From Phoronis australis (taxonomy: Eukaryota; Animalia; Phoronida): DNA of 64,000 nt. Position 1 is the first letter of the stretch. Each line of letters opens with the position of its first letter. The position numbers were made by a program, and so were the translations under genes. The stretch lies in the NCBI GenBank assembly GCA_002633005.1, contig NMRA01000269.1, forward strand, positions 62,001 to 126,000, in the 5' to 3' direction. The notes under the pieces are model-generated. The model had not been told where the DNA came from, searched no databases, and was given only the letters and a program-made list of their open reading frames with translations. Below are positions 56,501-64,000 of the stretch, piece by piece.

Positions 56501-59500
56501 TTGATCAGTCACATCCAGTGCTTCTTAACCCAGTTTGCTATTGTGGTCACACAGTGGTGGTGACTCACTCGGTGCAGTTAACCTTGCATCGTACGCTTCT
56601 ATACTAACCCGTGGTAAGTGGATTTTAGTTCTTTTTTACGTTTTTAAGTACAAGGTCGTGTTTTGCGTAACACCATTCCGCTTGTTCACAGCATGGATAC
56701 TGTTGTTGAATGTTACAACTCGGTCCTTTATGGGGTGGAATGTTACCCGTCGATTTAGCGCCTACTTTTTGTTGACCTATATTTGTCTATGAAGTATCTT
56801 GTTTTTTCTTGATATCTTAATGCCTCTAAGAAAATGATATTACAGCTAATTAAAACAAAAAATATTTGTAATATGTCAAACAAAGATAATTCTTTTGTCG
56901 TTGACGCATTTATTTTTTAATGCATGTAGAAATATTTATATTCTGTGCATGCTCCTCTTTGTGGATTATCCAATTGCATTTGCCTTATAATAATGATTTG
57001 ATTCAAATTTTCAGATGAAAGCATATCTGAGTAATTTTGTTGCTTTACGGATACTTCATTTTCTCCATTTTCTCCCAAACCTTTCAGCTCCAGACAATTC
57101 ACTTGTTCCTGTAAATGTTGTTAACAATGGCAACTCTACCTATCGCTGTGACTGGATTCCAAAGATTGTTGGTAAGTTCTCGTTTTCTTAATCAGATTGA
57201 AGAATTGTTTAATTAGTAAACAGTTATTCGCTTTCACTATGGTCATGATGTTGTTTTGGAGACTCCTAAGGTGAGATTATGGCCACGGACATTTTATTAT
57301 TATACTTAAGTGCTAGCGGTATGAGGGACGCATCGTTTATAGGATTCAAGCACGTGTCAATAACTTAGAGTTGCGGGCACGCAGTGATCGTCACTGTAGT
57401 TTGAAATCCACTTTTGCACCATTTGCCCAAATCGGCCATATAGCATAACTTGAAACTTGCTGTGCTGATTGATCTAAAAAATTCCCCTGTTGGAATTGTC
57501 GTAGACAACATAGGTACTCCGTGTGCAGTATTTTCTGAGGTTGAGGGTGGAAAGAGCCAAAGACAAACTGATCCAATGCACTTCTGTAATGTTTTTATAA
57601 GTCCATGTTGACACAGTATTCACACTGGCTGATTTAGAATGATGGATGTATGCTGCATAAAGACAAAACTGAAACAGATTTCTGCCAAATCACTGCTTGT
57701 GTCAGCATTGTATGTTGTGATTTTCCCACTTTCTGATTGGTAAGATTGTATTTAGTGATTGGCAACCTGATGTCCTTAAAACTACTGTACACATGTTTCC
57801 TGTGATTGATTTTTCGTTTCCATTTTGTCAGTTTGAGATGAAGAAAGCATTAAGGTAAACAGAATTCATAAACCCTTTTGTGCAGTTTCTGTTTCGTAGT
57901 GATTGTGCGTGATTAGTCAGTGTTGGCGGATGATCCTTCTTGGTGCATTTTGGGCCGCTTCAGGTTTCGGCTTGATTCACTGCTGTGTACTTCATTCTAG
58001 TTTGAAGTTGGACAGCCACGACCTTTGACCTAATGGTGAGCATGCTGCAGGTGTGCCATTTAAAGCGACATGTACCATCATTCCCTTCTTTTTTCAGGTG
58101 ACCATCAGGTGGAGGTCAGTTATGCCGGGATGCCTATTAAAGGGAGCCCCTTCACTGCTCGTGTGTGTAATCCAGCCAAAGTCAAGGTCTATGACGTCAA
58201 ACCAGGCCGTCAAGGAAAACGGTCGTTTTTCAAACGTAATACCATCTTACCTCATTCTTGCACTATGTTCCACCGACATGCATTTTTACCGTTTTTTTTT
58301 TTTGCGAATCGGAAATGTTGCAAAAATGTGCAGTTTTCTAGAATGACACTCTTGCCTCTGATGGTATTTTTGGTGCGGTCATTTTGCTAGGACTGCACAA
58401 TGTGTAGGCCTAATTCATTTTTAGTCCCACCCCGTACTATCTTTGAAATAAAATTAAGAGTGATCGTTGTCTTTAACATGAGGAAGGGCGGAGCTTTGTT
58501 GTGGGCAAAATCTTAAAAACAGGAAACCGTTCCTCTTTGACAGTTGTTTACTCAGAGTCTTAAGCCTCACTCTATGTCATCTGTCAATCACCACGACATA
58601 GGTGGATTTATGGAAGAAAACAGGGTGACCATCAAGTCCAAATTGCTTATTGATTTTTTACCAATAAATGACTTGAACAATGTGTCTGTACGGGTTATTT
58701 TTAATAATAACCTGTGTACGAGTGTTTTGATGACTTCCAATCAGAAACTTCTATATAATTATTTTGTCATTGAAAATTCAATACAAGAGAGGAAGGAACA
58801 CTTTAACCGATGTGTATGCCACTAACTAGATAATTAAAAAGGTGAAATCCGCATGAGGTTTGTCCAAGCAGTTCATGATGGAATTGACAAAAGAATTTTA
58901 CGATAGATTTTATGGACATTCACTTTGCCATTTAGGCGGAATGTGTTTAATCCGACTTGAGAATACAGGGGTGAGTGAGTGTAGCTTATAACAAACTGAA
59001 TACTAAAAAGCAAAACGAGGACAAGAAGTATTTTTCACGTTTATTTCAGTGGATGCCAGTGAAGCTGGACCTGGTAACCTGGAGATTGTTGTTGCTGCCA
59101 ACGGACAGAACGTGTCCAACTTTGTGGAGAAAGAGGGGACTGCTAAATTTGCAGTATCCTATACACCTGAATCTGCAGTTCCACACCAGGTGTCTGTCAA
59201 GTTCAACAATGAACATGTACCAGGTAGGTGCTTTATGAACTGAAGTGAAAGTATTTGTCGTGATGGATTAATTGAACTGTGAAACAAAAAGTGACTGATT
59301 TTTGATAAGATGGACCAATGCAAAACTTATAGCGGCTGCTTTGTAAACCTGTATTCGGCCAAAGAAACTAACATTTGATGTGAAACATACTGCTACGAAA
59401 TTAGTTTTAGCTTGTTCTTTACTAAGATGAGAGGAGGTTTCAGGGCTTGAATTTTTTTTCATTTAAGAGGATTTCCTCTGTTTTGGCTTGGATTTCCTCT

Positions 59501-62500
59501 TACTGGATTCCAGTTTCCACTTTTTCTATCTCTTTTTATCATTATTTTGACTTCATTCATACAAAAGCATTTATTTCGGTTAAATTTTACATCACAAAAA
59601 ATACTTCTATCACACAATCCTGTTTGTGGAATGATACATCACCTGTATTTTTTTCTTTTTTGTTGTTGGTCATTCCAAGCCTTGAGGTTTCTGTGTTTAA
59701 AAATAACTGATTGCCCTTTGAGACCATCCTCACCACATAAATGTTCTACCGTAACGAGCCAACGTATCAAGCCCTGTCTGTAGCAGTAGTGCATTGTCAG
59801 TTCTTAGCTTAGCAATCATCTCTAACTTGTACAGGGAGCGATGTTGAGACCGGTTCCAAAACTGTAAGACATAGTGTAAATTAACTTTTTAAGGGAAGAC
59901 AGCTTTGTAGCAGCTTGAACATAGTTTGTGGTAAATTTTCTCCTATTTCGCCTAAAAATCATAGTTTTCAAATGCTGATCATTAATTTACTTCAAATAAT
60001 GAAAAATTTGCCAAAAAGTTACTTTATATTTTTTCTAACAGTACAGACTAAGCTAGAAATAGACTAAAATTTTCTTGATCTTTAGTTTTGTTGAGAAATT
60101 CGACAAAATGGAATTTCACTTGTTGGCCACGTTATGTTATGAATAAGTGAAGAATGACCGTACACAGATAGTGTGTTTTGTTTGCATCATGAAATGTTGA
60201 CCATGGTACTAGTCTTCGGCCTAGATTTATTAAAAGGATACCACCAAACCTGGTTTTGGCCTATTAACTGATACTAAAAAGTACTTTCCCGTCCAGTTCT
60301 CTGAAACAATGCTCTGTAACACTCAACAGCCCTCATACGTTTGGAGGAAAATTTGAAAACTGCTTTGAAGTTTGCTAAACGGTTAAGCGTGACCTACACT
60401 TTTAGCGAATTACACGGGAAAAGACCACCCACCAAGGACCAAAATGTTCAATCTGTGACACAAGAAGTATGAGTTTTCAGTTGATTCTTGCGTTCAACTT
60501 GGAAGATTGACGCCAGTGTGCATTAGCATGTGACAGAACAAGGATTGGTTGAAATTATCAAAACAGCCGAGGGTTGAGCATCTTTTTAAGTATCGTGACA
60601 GTTATGCTTAAGGTTAGGCAAGTTGTTGTCAACAAGTCTGTTCATTCAAACAAATATCTATAAAAGTTCAAAATTTAATGCGATAAAAGTAACTATATGT
60701 TTTCTGATAGTAGAAAACTACAGAATTCGGTTTTTCATTTTATATGAATCTGCCATTGACTGGGTCATGTGACAGTGTCTTTGGTTAGTAAAATGTTACA
60801 AAAATAAATTTTCATTTTTCATAACAAAACAACAGCATGATTAACATGACCTAATTTCATTTATATGCGTGCTCAAGATGAAATCTCCACTGTCACACTC
60901 TAAACTACCATTTCATTTCTGTTTCATACGACTTAAGGTTTTTTACATAAAAATCATAAAAGTCTCGTTTTGATAACCCTCTTGTAGAAGTGGATCATCA
61001 TTTTAAAAATAATTTCTATCAGAGCTTTGGAGAACGGTGCATAAATAATATCTGAAAGTTTCATTTGACTCCAATTGGCCGTTTCTCAGATATGATGTTC
61101 CAAAGCTGCCAAATTTTGACATTTTTCTACGGTTCCACTAAAACTTGAATGCACGTATGTTTGGTTTAAGTTATGGATGCTCCTACTGAATTGACGTATC
61201 GCAAGCTCTGCCCCGTGCAAAAAGTCATCAAGACAAACAAACAATAAGTTTTACCCAATGTGTTGTTTGTCACGTAAAATGGCGGCTTGGAAATGAAGGT
61301 GTGTCTAGATTGCTGCATTCTGATTGAGCCGTCACTGAAAAACCTGGTGATAGGTCAATTGTTGAATCACTCTCACTGGTTGGCTCTTTATTACAGGAAG
61401 TCCCTTCACCTCACAAGTTGTCGATGGCTCCCGCTGTGCTGTGTTTGGCGACAACTTGCAGAAGGCAGTGGTGAACCGCAGATCAAGGTTCACTGTGGAT
61501 CCCCGAGGAGCCGGAGAGGCTGACTGCGAAGTAGAAATTTTCTGTAAGCTATTTGTATTTGGTTCTTTGATAGGAATGAAACATTATGAAATGATGTTCA
61601 TTGCAATTACACATCTGGACCCGCAACCTCCAAATTTAACTTGAGACTACTGGAAAATTGACGAGTTGCGTGACATGCGTTGAGTTAATTCTCCAATTTC
61701 ACATGATGTGATTGGTCAGTTTTCGAATAAGTCTCCAGTAAAGTTGGTGGTTGCTGGTCCCGATATTAAAGGTATTAACAAGTATGTCCAGTGCCAATAT
61801 TTTGTTGCAAATGTGTGTTTAGTCATTCTGTGGTGACTGAAAAACATAAGTGATAGCTGTTTTTGATGATTATAAGAGTTCTTACTGAATTTACCTGTAG
61901 TTTTCTTAAGTGTTGCTGAAAATGTCGTCAACAATCGCGGGATTTTAAGCACTGGGTCGGATTAACTTTAATCATGTTAATTGTTGATTTCCGAGACTGT
62001 TGATTCACAAAATGGTGACAACTAATCATGCCTGAATGGTGTTACATTTTTTTCAATTTTTGTTCTAGGTCGATACTTTTTTATGTTTCTTAAAAAGGTT
62101 CCAAGTTACTGGCAGACTTTACTTTTAAGCTGAAGTTGCCAGCGTGATTGTGTACCTGACTGGATAACTGTTATTTGATAATAAGCTGTCAACGCCAAAT
62201 TAAGTTTATATTTAATTTTTTAAATTGAAAACTCAGCGTAAAGAAATTGATAATAGTGCACATATTTGCTCTGATTACAGCCCCCTCTGGCGCCATCGTT
62301 CCCGCTACAGTTAGTGGCAGTTCGAGCACCAACTACATGGTCGAGTTCACACCTAAAGAAGTGGGTCACCATAAGGTCAACATCAAGTACGCCGACGTGA
62401 CTGTGGCTGGAAGTCCATTCGATTGCAACGTGTATAATCCGAACCAGGTGAATTGCACCAAGGTGGACTCGACCAAGCTGGGTTCCAGAGTGACTATGGA

Positions 62501-63962
62501 TAGTAAGTACTGTACGGTTGAAGTAATAGTGAAATTTCTCCTTGTACGAGACAAAAATTATCTGACAAAGTTCTGTTTTTCTGTCACGACGGCTAATTCT
62601 ATAACAGCAAAGATTGGTAATAATTATTAGGGTGGATAAATTCGACAGAATGACTTAGTTACATAGTTACGTACCTTACCTTACTAACTTTTCTGTTAAT
62701 TCCCTTTTATTCTCTGTCATATGGGAAGTATAGTCTGAAGGTAAAGTCAGCTTCTGCCCAGAGTCGTCATGACGGATGAATTATGAGTCATTTTGTCTGA
62801 CTACTTTTGGCTTGTACTGTATTTACAAGACAATGTGATGGACTAGTGGAATTTTGTTTTCTGGTTTATTTCATGAAAGGCAAGTCACATTGAATAAATT
62901 GTCAAATTTACAATGAAAAACCTATTTGTCGCATCGAATAAATGCTTCATCAGTTTTTGGATTCATTCCATGGCTACTGTCAGACGATGTTTTTTAGCAA
63001 TACTGGGAATTCAAAACAATGTCAATTGCCTTTGGAAAATGAAGTTGAAAAAAGACTAATTTTGGCAAATATTTTTGTCTGAGTTGGTGAAAATTCACCG
63101 TACTAAGAAGTTGACCTTTCCTTTCATTTCAGGCTTACAATTATTTAGTTTTATAGTGGTCTTTGGAAGTTGACCTGTCAGTAGAAGATAACTGGCTCAG
63201 CCAGACAAATACAAATCTAAATAAAACATTGTCTTAAATCATGGTCCATCAACCCTCAGGGTTTTGATTCCTGCTTCATGATTTTGGAACTGGCCATAAT
63301 GTTTCAAGTTCAACCTTTAGATTCACAAATCTGTCCAAAGTGTTGACGAGTCATCCCACTGACTTTTTTCACGTGGTATTTTAGATGCTTTATGCCATGA
63401 AATTTCTATCTGATTGATCACCACTTGATTGTTTCTTTCAGTTGACTGCAGAAATGCTGGTGAGGGCGACCTGAGTGCAGAGGTCAGGTGTAATGGAGAG
63501 GGCGTACCTTGTGAGATTGTAGGGAAGGCGGTTGGGGTTTATGAGTTGTCGTTTGTACCCAAAGAGGCCAGCACTCACACTGTGGATGTATCGTTCAATG
63601 ATGAACAAGTGCCCAGTAAGTATCACATTCAATGTATTCTAGTGATTCATAAACAAGTTAGTTATGATTATGAAAACGGGTCGATGTTTGTGAAATTTAG
63701 TAGCACAGCTAGTATGTTTAAGTATTAATGAGATGATGGCACCTGCTGTTATTTTCTTTAATTTGTTGATCACCTTCTGTGCCCTATTAAATACCAAGTG
63801 ATTTTTGCTTTTCAGATGCTCCTATGGCCATAGATGTTGTTGACGATCGACTTGTTACTGTACAGGGTGATGCTGTGCGAAGTGCCGCCATTTTTAAGAA
63901 TTCATCGTTCGTTGTTAACACTAACGGTGCAGAAATGAAAGATCTAAATATTAGGATTGTCA
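4669..63962 (+). CDS. Filamin-family actin cross-linker with three CH domains and >=13 filamin Ig repeats (jitterbug/FLN-2-like architecture); multi-exon, 3' part outside the window
   Basis: 30 exons with AG acceptors, GT donors and matching phases. CH1 WIEIQNNTFKNWVNEQL...DIVNGNLKLILGLVWHLILRYQI; CH2 LMLAWLN...NFTSNWNDGVALHALLD; CH3 TLRWVR...NNFTTDWSDGYALCALV; repeated filamin motifs D-x3-AGxG, PxE, GSPF. Family assigned by motif recognition, not a database search. Confidence 0.93.
6383..6438. repeat. Imperfect (TG)n microsatellite
   Basis: gtgtgtatgtgcgtgtgtgtgtgtgt... Confidence 0.9.
7780..7875. repeat. 33-bp minisatellite, about 3 identical copies
   Basis: Unit TGTCAGGGCAAGAGAACGGTTTGTTACTGTCTC; explains the LSGQENGLLL repeat in ORF 7680-7877. 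Confidence 0.93.
8795..9042 (+). mobile_element. MITE with CATGC..GCACCCAG termini and 5-bp target-site duplication (GTGTT)
   Basis: gtgtt-CATGCTCGCACCCAG...CTCAGGCGCGCCCATG-gtgtt; inverted homolog at 36161-36428; terminal fragment near 5602. Confidence 0.75.
9629..15416. repeat. Near-identical tandem duplication (9629-12404 and 12406-15416) joined by a single N; probably two uncollapsed haplotypes
   Basis: Both copies begin CTATTATGCCAAAACACTTAATTACATG and end GTTTTATAATTTTT; N at 12405 lies exactly at the junction; they differ by scattered substitutions and two large indels. Confidence 0.9.
10394..10642. mobile_element. PIF/Harbinger-type MITE (~250 bp), TSD CTT
   Basis: ctt-GGGCCCTTCCAAGAAACTGACTTAG...CTAAGTGAGTTTTGTTGGAACGGGCCC-ctt; the empty site with a single CTT is visible at ~13167 in the duplicate copy. 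Confidence 0.85.
17654..17735. repeat. (ATTAT)n pentanucleotide microsatellite
   Basis: tattatattatattatattacatcatattatattata... Confidence 0.9.
17784..18034. mobile_element. Fold-back DNA-transposon remnant with an internal palindrome array
   Basis: Perfect 20-bp inverted repeat CAAGATGATCGGGCGCAACT (17784-17803) / AGTTGCGCCCGATCATCTTG (18015-18034) enclosing palindromes TTTGCTGCAAGCTTGCAGCAAA and TGCCGCAAGCTTGCGGCA. Confidence 0.6.
19015..19204 (+). CDS. Filamin-like exon 2 (end of CH1, start of CH2)
   Basis: ctttcacag| GSEDIVNGNLKLILGLVWHLILRYQIGKTKFPPKKLMLAWLNAVIPECNITNFTSNWNDGVAL; CA|GTAAGT, phase 2. Confidence 0.93.
19821..20685 (+). mobile_element. Decayed Helentron-associated interspersed element (HINE/DINE-like) with internal ~140-160 bp tandem units
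   Basis: Starts TTTTTAT plus hairpin GCACCCATATATGGGTGC, then a CCAT/CCGC tract, then diverged units containing TCCCT(T)GATGGAT(C/T)TTCATGAAAT (20181, 20331; weaker near 19904 and 20496) and GCCCYCTRGTRGC; ends near CTATAGTTTT. Confidence 0.6.
20931..20996 (+). CDS. Filamin-like exon 3 (CH2)
   Basis: cctttcag| (H)ALLDYCQPGLCPNWRTLSRSD; AG|GTAGGG, phase 2; not in the ORF track. Confidence 0.9.
22290..22392 (+). repeat. Dispersed repeat fragment (second copy at ~49630-49725)
   Basis: Both copies share GATAGACTTCTTGAAGTTA...TTGA(C/A)CAGAGCTAT(A/G)AAACA. Confidence 0.7.
23603..23816 (+). CDS. Filamin-like exon 4 (end of CH2, start of CH3)
   Basis: cttcctctag| (R)LENCRHAMELARDNFGIPLVVRPEDLSSPDMDELSGMTYLSYF...ATLRWVRDANKHSTVNNFT |GTGAGA, phase 0. 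Confidence 0.92.
24558..24669 (+). CDS. Filamin-like exon 5 (CH3)
   Basis: ttttattgtag| TDWSDGYALCALVKSLGGNVPEWPNIDRSDPVASTQL G|GTATGA; not in the ORF track. Confidence 0.9.
25792..25979 (+). CDS. Filamin-like exon 6 (end of CH3, start of Ig repeat 1)
   Basis: tctttag| GIDGALGLGVEPVLTAEEMVDSQGEHLGVMAYAAYFQGVKP...NVKVGHP |GTAAGT, phase 0. Confidence 0.9.
26499..26751. mobile_element. PIF/Harbinger-type MITE, same family as 10394-10642, TSD TAG
   Basis: tag-AGGCCCGTTCCAAGAA...TTCTTGGAACGGGCCC-tag; internal CTTAAG-rich sub-repeats. Confidence 0.85.
26935..27090 (+). CDS. Filamin-like exon 7 (Ig repeat 1)
   Basis: atttcag| TSFKLAVNDPEIESKDLRVEVQGSSGKIPSTFDYHNQQANGTFTATEPGSHT |GTAAGG. Confidence 0.88.
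27919..28047 (+). CDS. Filamin-like exon 8
   Basis: tattccag| FSVYCNDALIKDCPISFNATGDRSKIQMKTVDICPRGALTEMK |GTAATA; phase 0-0, completes repeat 1. Confidence 0.85.
28402..28531 (+). CDS. Filamin-like exon 9
   Basis: tgtttcag| IDTSAAGDGQVRAEGLAPSGATTEFAVSGQNGNYSAAFQPDET G|GTATGT. Confidence 0.88.
29517..29974. mobile_element. Non-autonomous DNA transposon with CAGGGGCTCG...CGAGCTCTG ends and 5-bp TSD CTACA
   Basis: ctaca-CAGGGGCTCGA ... GCCGAGCTCTG-ctaca. Confidence 0.55.
32116..32523. mobile_element. MITE with AGGCC...GGCCT termini
   Basis: AGGCC...TTTGTTTGCCCTTAC at left and GTAAGGGCAAGCAAAC...AGGCCT at right are imperfect inverted repeats. Confidence 0.6.
32840..32977 (+). CDS. Filamin-like exon 10 (D-type, 138 nt)
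   Basis: cactag| GLWKVSMLYDNEHVQGSPFSVNVFDPAAVSISGLDTGSAGQQVSLT; G|GTGGTC (weak donor). Confidence 0.87.
33431..33604 (+). CDS. Filamin-like exon 11 (A-type, 174 nt)
   Basis: gttacag| ADCSSAGVGELTSDVTHNGAIVPSTVSSLGSDKYSIVFTPSSGGEYKIDTKYNGYAVK; G|GTAAGG. Confidence 0.9.
34456..34704. mobile_element. PIF/Harbinger-type MITE, third copy, probable TSD CAC
   Basis: cac-AGGCCCGTTCCAAGAAACTGACTTAAG...CTAAGTCAGTTTTCTTGGAAGGGCGTC-cac. Confidence 0.8.
35018..35158 (+). CDS. Filamin-like exon 12 (B-type, 141 nt)
   Basis: ttttgtag| DSPHIMTIEDSTFVTATGPGLGLISANRETSFDINGAGNSEVKVEVK; G|GTAAGT. Confidence 0.9.
35403..35580. other. Assembly gap (100 N, 35438-35537) inside a (CTCTCC)n/(CT)n tract
   Basis: N run flanked on both sides by CTCTCC repeats. 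Confidence 0.95.
36161..36428 (-). mobile_element. MITE homologous to 8795-9042, inverted, 5-bp TSD GCTAC/GCTAT
   Basis: Reverse complement shares GTGAAGTGGGCAAAAAGGTCC, GAGACAAAAGTCCAC and AATTCGAGCCCCC with the 8795 copy. Confidence 0.78.
41311..41451 (+). CDS. Filamin-like exon 13 (D-type, 141 nt)
   Basis: gttacag| GENHIHVRYGGKQITGTRFPSYPVDPASLQATSLSPKVAFGKQVEFE; A|GTAAGT. Confidence 0.88.
41802..41969 (+). CDS. Filamin-like exon 14 (A-type, 168 nt)
   Basis: tttccag| IDASKAGTGNLEILINNGAIPCSVENRGNRCFKASFLPREAIPHVIDMKFSGEVIP; G|GTATGT. Confidence 0.9.
42351..42503 (+). CDS. Filamin-like exon 15 (B-type, 153 nt)
   Basis: ttttgcag| GSPWSVDIYDMSVIQCSGALLQSTPIGQLSQFRVTTGTNVAVSSELVTTIT; G|GTGAGT. 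Confidence 0.88.
43427..43510 (+). CDS. Filamin-like exon 16 (C-type, 84 nt)
   Basis: ttctttcag| APSGRSVPNYIRDSGHGVFTVESTLTEI; G|GTGAGT. Confidence 0.88.
   Translation, partial: LPRAVAFLITSGILAMVFSLLKVPLLK
44081..44218 (+). CDS. Filamin-like exon 17 (D-type, 138 nt)
   Basis: atttcag| GKHQIDVTFCGDSAPGSPFYCLAYNLSAIRVGDIPTGFVGKQVEFT; C|GTAAGT. Confidence 0.9.
45326..45493 (+). CDS. Filamin-like exon 18 (A-type, 168 nt)
   Basis: atttcag| LDVSNAGEGKVEIQVNGATVPNTVEELRPNMFAVRFVPTECISHLIDIKFNDEMVP; G|GTAAGA. Confidence 0.9.
45977..46123 (+). CDS. Filamin-like exon 19 (B-type, 147 nt)
   Basis: ctttttag| GSPFICNVVDPGKASIIGLVDKIFPVNTPSLFKIDAPGIGDDKFNVTVT; G|GTACTA. Confidence 0.89.
47900..47980 (+). 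CDS. Filamin-like exon 20 (C-type, 81 nt)
   Basis: ctcattag| APSGKAVPTNITRQDHAQVVNYTPPEV; G|GTAAGT. Confidence 0.88.
48562..48716. mobile_element. Tc1/mariner (pogo-like) MITE with TA target duplication
   Basis: ta-CTGTACGCTCGCGGATTAACACCC...GGGCGTTAACTCGCGAGTTTATGG-ta: imperfect terminal inverted repeats flanked by TA. Confidence 0.7.
48831..48968 (+). CDS. Filamin-like exon 21 (D-type, 138 nt)
   Basis: attctag| GTYTVEVDYDGVPVEGSPFHPKAHDPSKVVVSDFVTGGVGKTGSFI; G|GTAAGA. Confidence 0.9.
50200..50982 (-). mobile_element. Decayed non-LTR retrotransposon 5' end: 5' UTR plus L1-type ORF1 (coiled coil + RRM) remnant
   Basis: Minus ORF 50313-50741 KIEHLNKIVKKLQQRIYFDEARSCNYNLLFYGV...IIHAQ...CPNPIMVNSFSMHNRDTVLK matches the L1-type ORF1 pattern E..SRR.NL.F.G...I.RAH...PRPI.V.F...R..VL; minus-strand start GACTTCCGG...ATGGCGGACGTGTTTT resembles a LINE internal promoter. 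Left boundary approximate. Confidence 0.72.
51970..52705 (+). CDS. Putative alternative first coding exon (245 codons, Ser-rich, likely disordered) for a short filamin isoform without CH domains
   Basis: Longest ORF in the window; caacATG context; in-frame TGA just upstream (51940-51942); strong phase-1 donor CAGG|GTGAGT at 52705/52706, in frame with the downstream phase-1 filamin exons. No transcript evidence available. Confidence 0.62.
52750..52923 (+). CDS. Filamin-like exon 22 (A-type, 174 nt)
   Basis: tttttcag| VDASQAGEGSMEISVSVNGANIENRVSAAGKARYKVEFTPKIAAPHVAAVVYNEVHVP; G|GTAAGG. Confidence 0.9.
53505..53655. repeat. (ATT)n trinucleotide microsatellite
   Basis: attattattattatt... with degenerate ATC/GTT units. 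Confidence 0.93.
55103..55275 (+). pseudogene. Frameshifted THAP zinc-finger remnant, probably from a DNA transposon
   Basis: ATG at 55103 gives MPTKYC, then after a frameshift CYVGCNFDMKKFDKPEKFLWMHDLKFFPFPTSMKD; matches the THAP pattern M-P-x-C-x4-C...F(F/H)xFP; conserved W and distal C are lost. Confidence 0.55.
55861..56010 (+). CDS. Filamin-like exon 23 (B-type, 150 nt)
   Basis: catttcag| GSPFTMAPQPVSRPEMVQISGHEVAHTHKNAEFLVDTRQAGPGDLVVHVR; G|GTACCC. Confidence 0.88.
57088..57171 (+). CDS. Filamin-like exon 24 (C-type, 84 nt)
   Basis: cctttcag| APDNSLVPVNVVNNGNSTYRCDWIPKIV; G|GTAAGT. Confidence 0.88.
58098..58235 (+). CDS. Filamin-like exon 25 (D-type, 138 nt)
   Basis: ttttcag| GDHQVEVSYAGMPIKGSPFTARVCNPAKVKVYDVKPGRQGKRSFFK; C|GTAATA. 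Confidence 0.9.
59050..59223 (+). CDS. Filamin-like exon 26 (A-type, 174 nt)
   Basis: atttcag| LDASEAGPGNLEIVVAANGQNVSNFVEKEGTAKFAVSYTPESAVPHQVSVKFNNEHVP; G|GTAGGT. Confidence 0.92.
61397..61543 (+). CDS. Filamin-like exon 27 (B-type, 147 nt)
   Basis: attacag| GSPFTSQVVDGSRCAVFGDNLQKAVVNRRSRFTVDPRGAGEADCEVEIF; T|GTAAGC. Confidence 0.9.
62281..62502 (+). CDS. Filamin-like exon 28 (fused C+D type, 222 nt)
   Basis: attacag| SPSGAIVPATVSGSSSTNYMVEFTPKEVGHHKVNIKYADVTVAGSPFDCNVYNPNQVNCTKVDSTKLGSRVTMD; A|GTAAGT. Confidence 0.92.
63442..63615 (+). CDS. Filamin-like exon 29 (A-type, 174 nt)
   Basis: tctttcag| IDCRNAGEGDLSAEVRCNGEGVPCEIVGKAVGVYELSFVPKEASTHTVDVSFNDEQVP; A|GTAAGT. Confidence 0.92.
63816..63962 (+). 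CDS. Filamin-like exon 30 (B-type, 147 nt); gene continues beyond the window
   Basis: cttttcag| NAPMAIDVVDDRLVTVQGDAVRSAAIFKNSSFVVNTNGAEMKDLNIRIV; A|GTAAGT. Confidence 0.88.
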
Positions 63963-64000
63963 GTAAGTAAACTCACTTTGTTACCTTTCTCGTCCATTTT

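Noticed and set aside
56534-56613. Exon-like stretch ending in G|GTAAGT (SGGDSLGAVNLASYASILTR)
   Set aside because: In-frame stop just upstream, no ATG, no phase-1 acceptor in that frame and no filamin similarity. A non-coding alternative exon cannot be excluded but is unsupported.

Overview
AT-rich, intron-rich animal genomic DNA (invertebrate-like; species cannot be determined from the window). Nearly the whole window is the 5' part of one + strand filamin-family gene. I traced 30 coding exons (4669-63962) by eye, all with AG/GT ends and compatible phases. They encode three calponin-homology (CH) domains, as in Drosophila jitterbug and C. elegans FLN-2, followed by about 13 filamin Ig repeats and the start of a 14th; the gene runs off the right edge. 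From exon 10 onward the exons follow a 4-exon cycle encoding two Ig repeats, every exon phase 1-1. One exon of the cycle is missing (probably in a 100-N gap) and one pair is fused. An intronic Ser-rich ORF at 51970-52705 looks like an alternative first exon for an isoform lacking the actin-binding head. It carries motifs resembling filamin-ligand beta-strands and lies head-to-head with the 5' end of a decayed LINE. Introns hold several MITE families, a Helentron-associated (HINE-like) element, a THAP-domain remnant and microsatellites. A ~2.8-3.0 kb tandem duplication joined by a single N is probably two haplotypes, and it captures a polymorphic MITE insertion. No prokaryotic systems, CRISPR arrays or RNA genes were seen.
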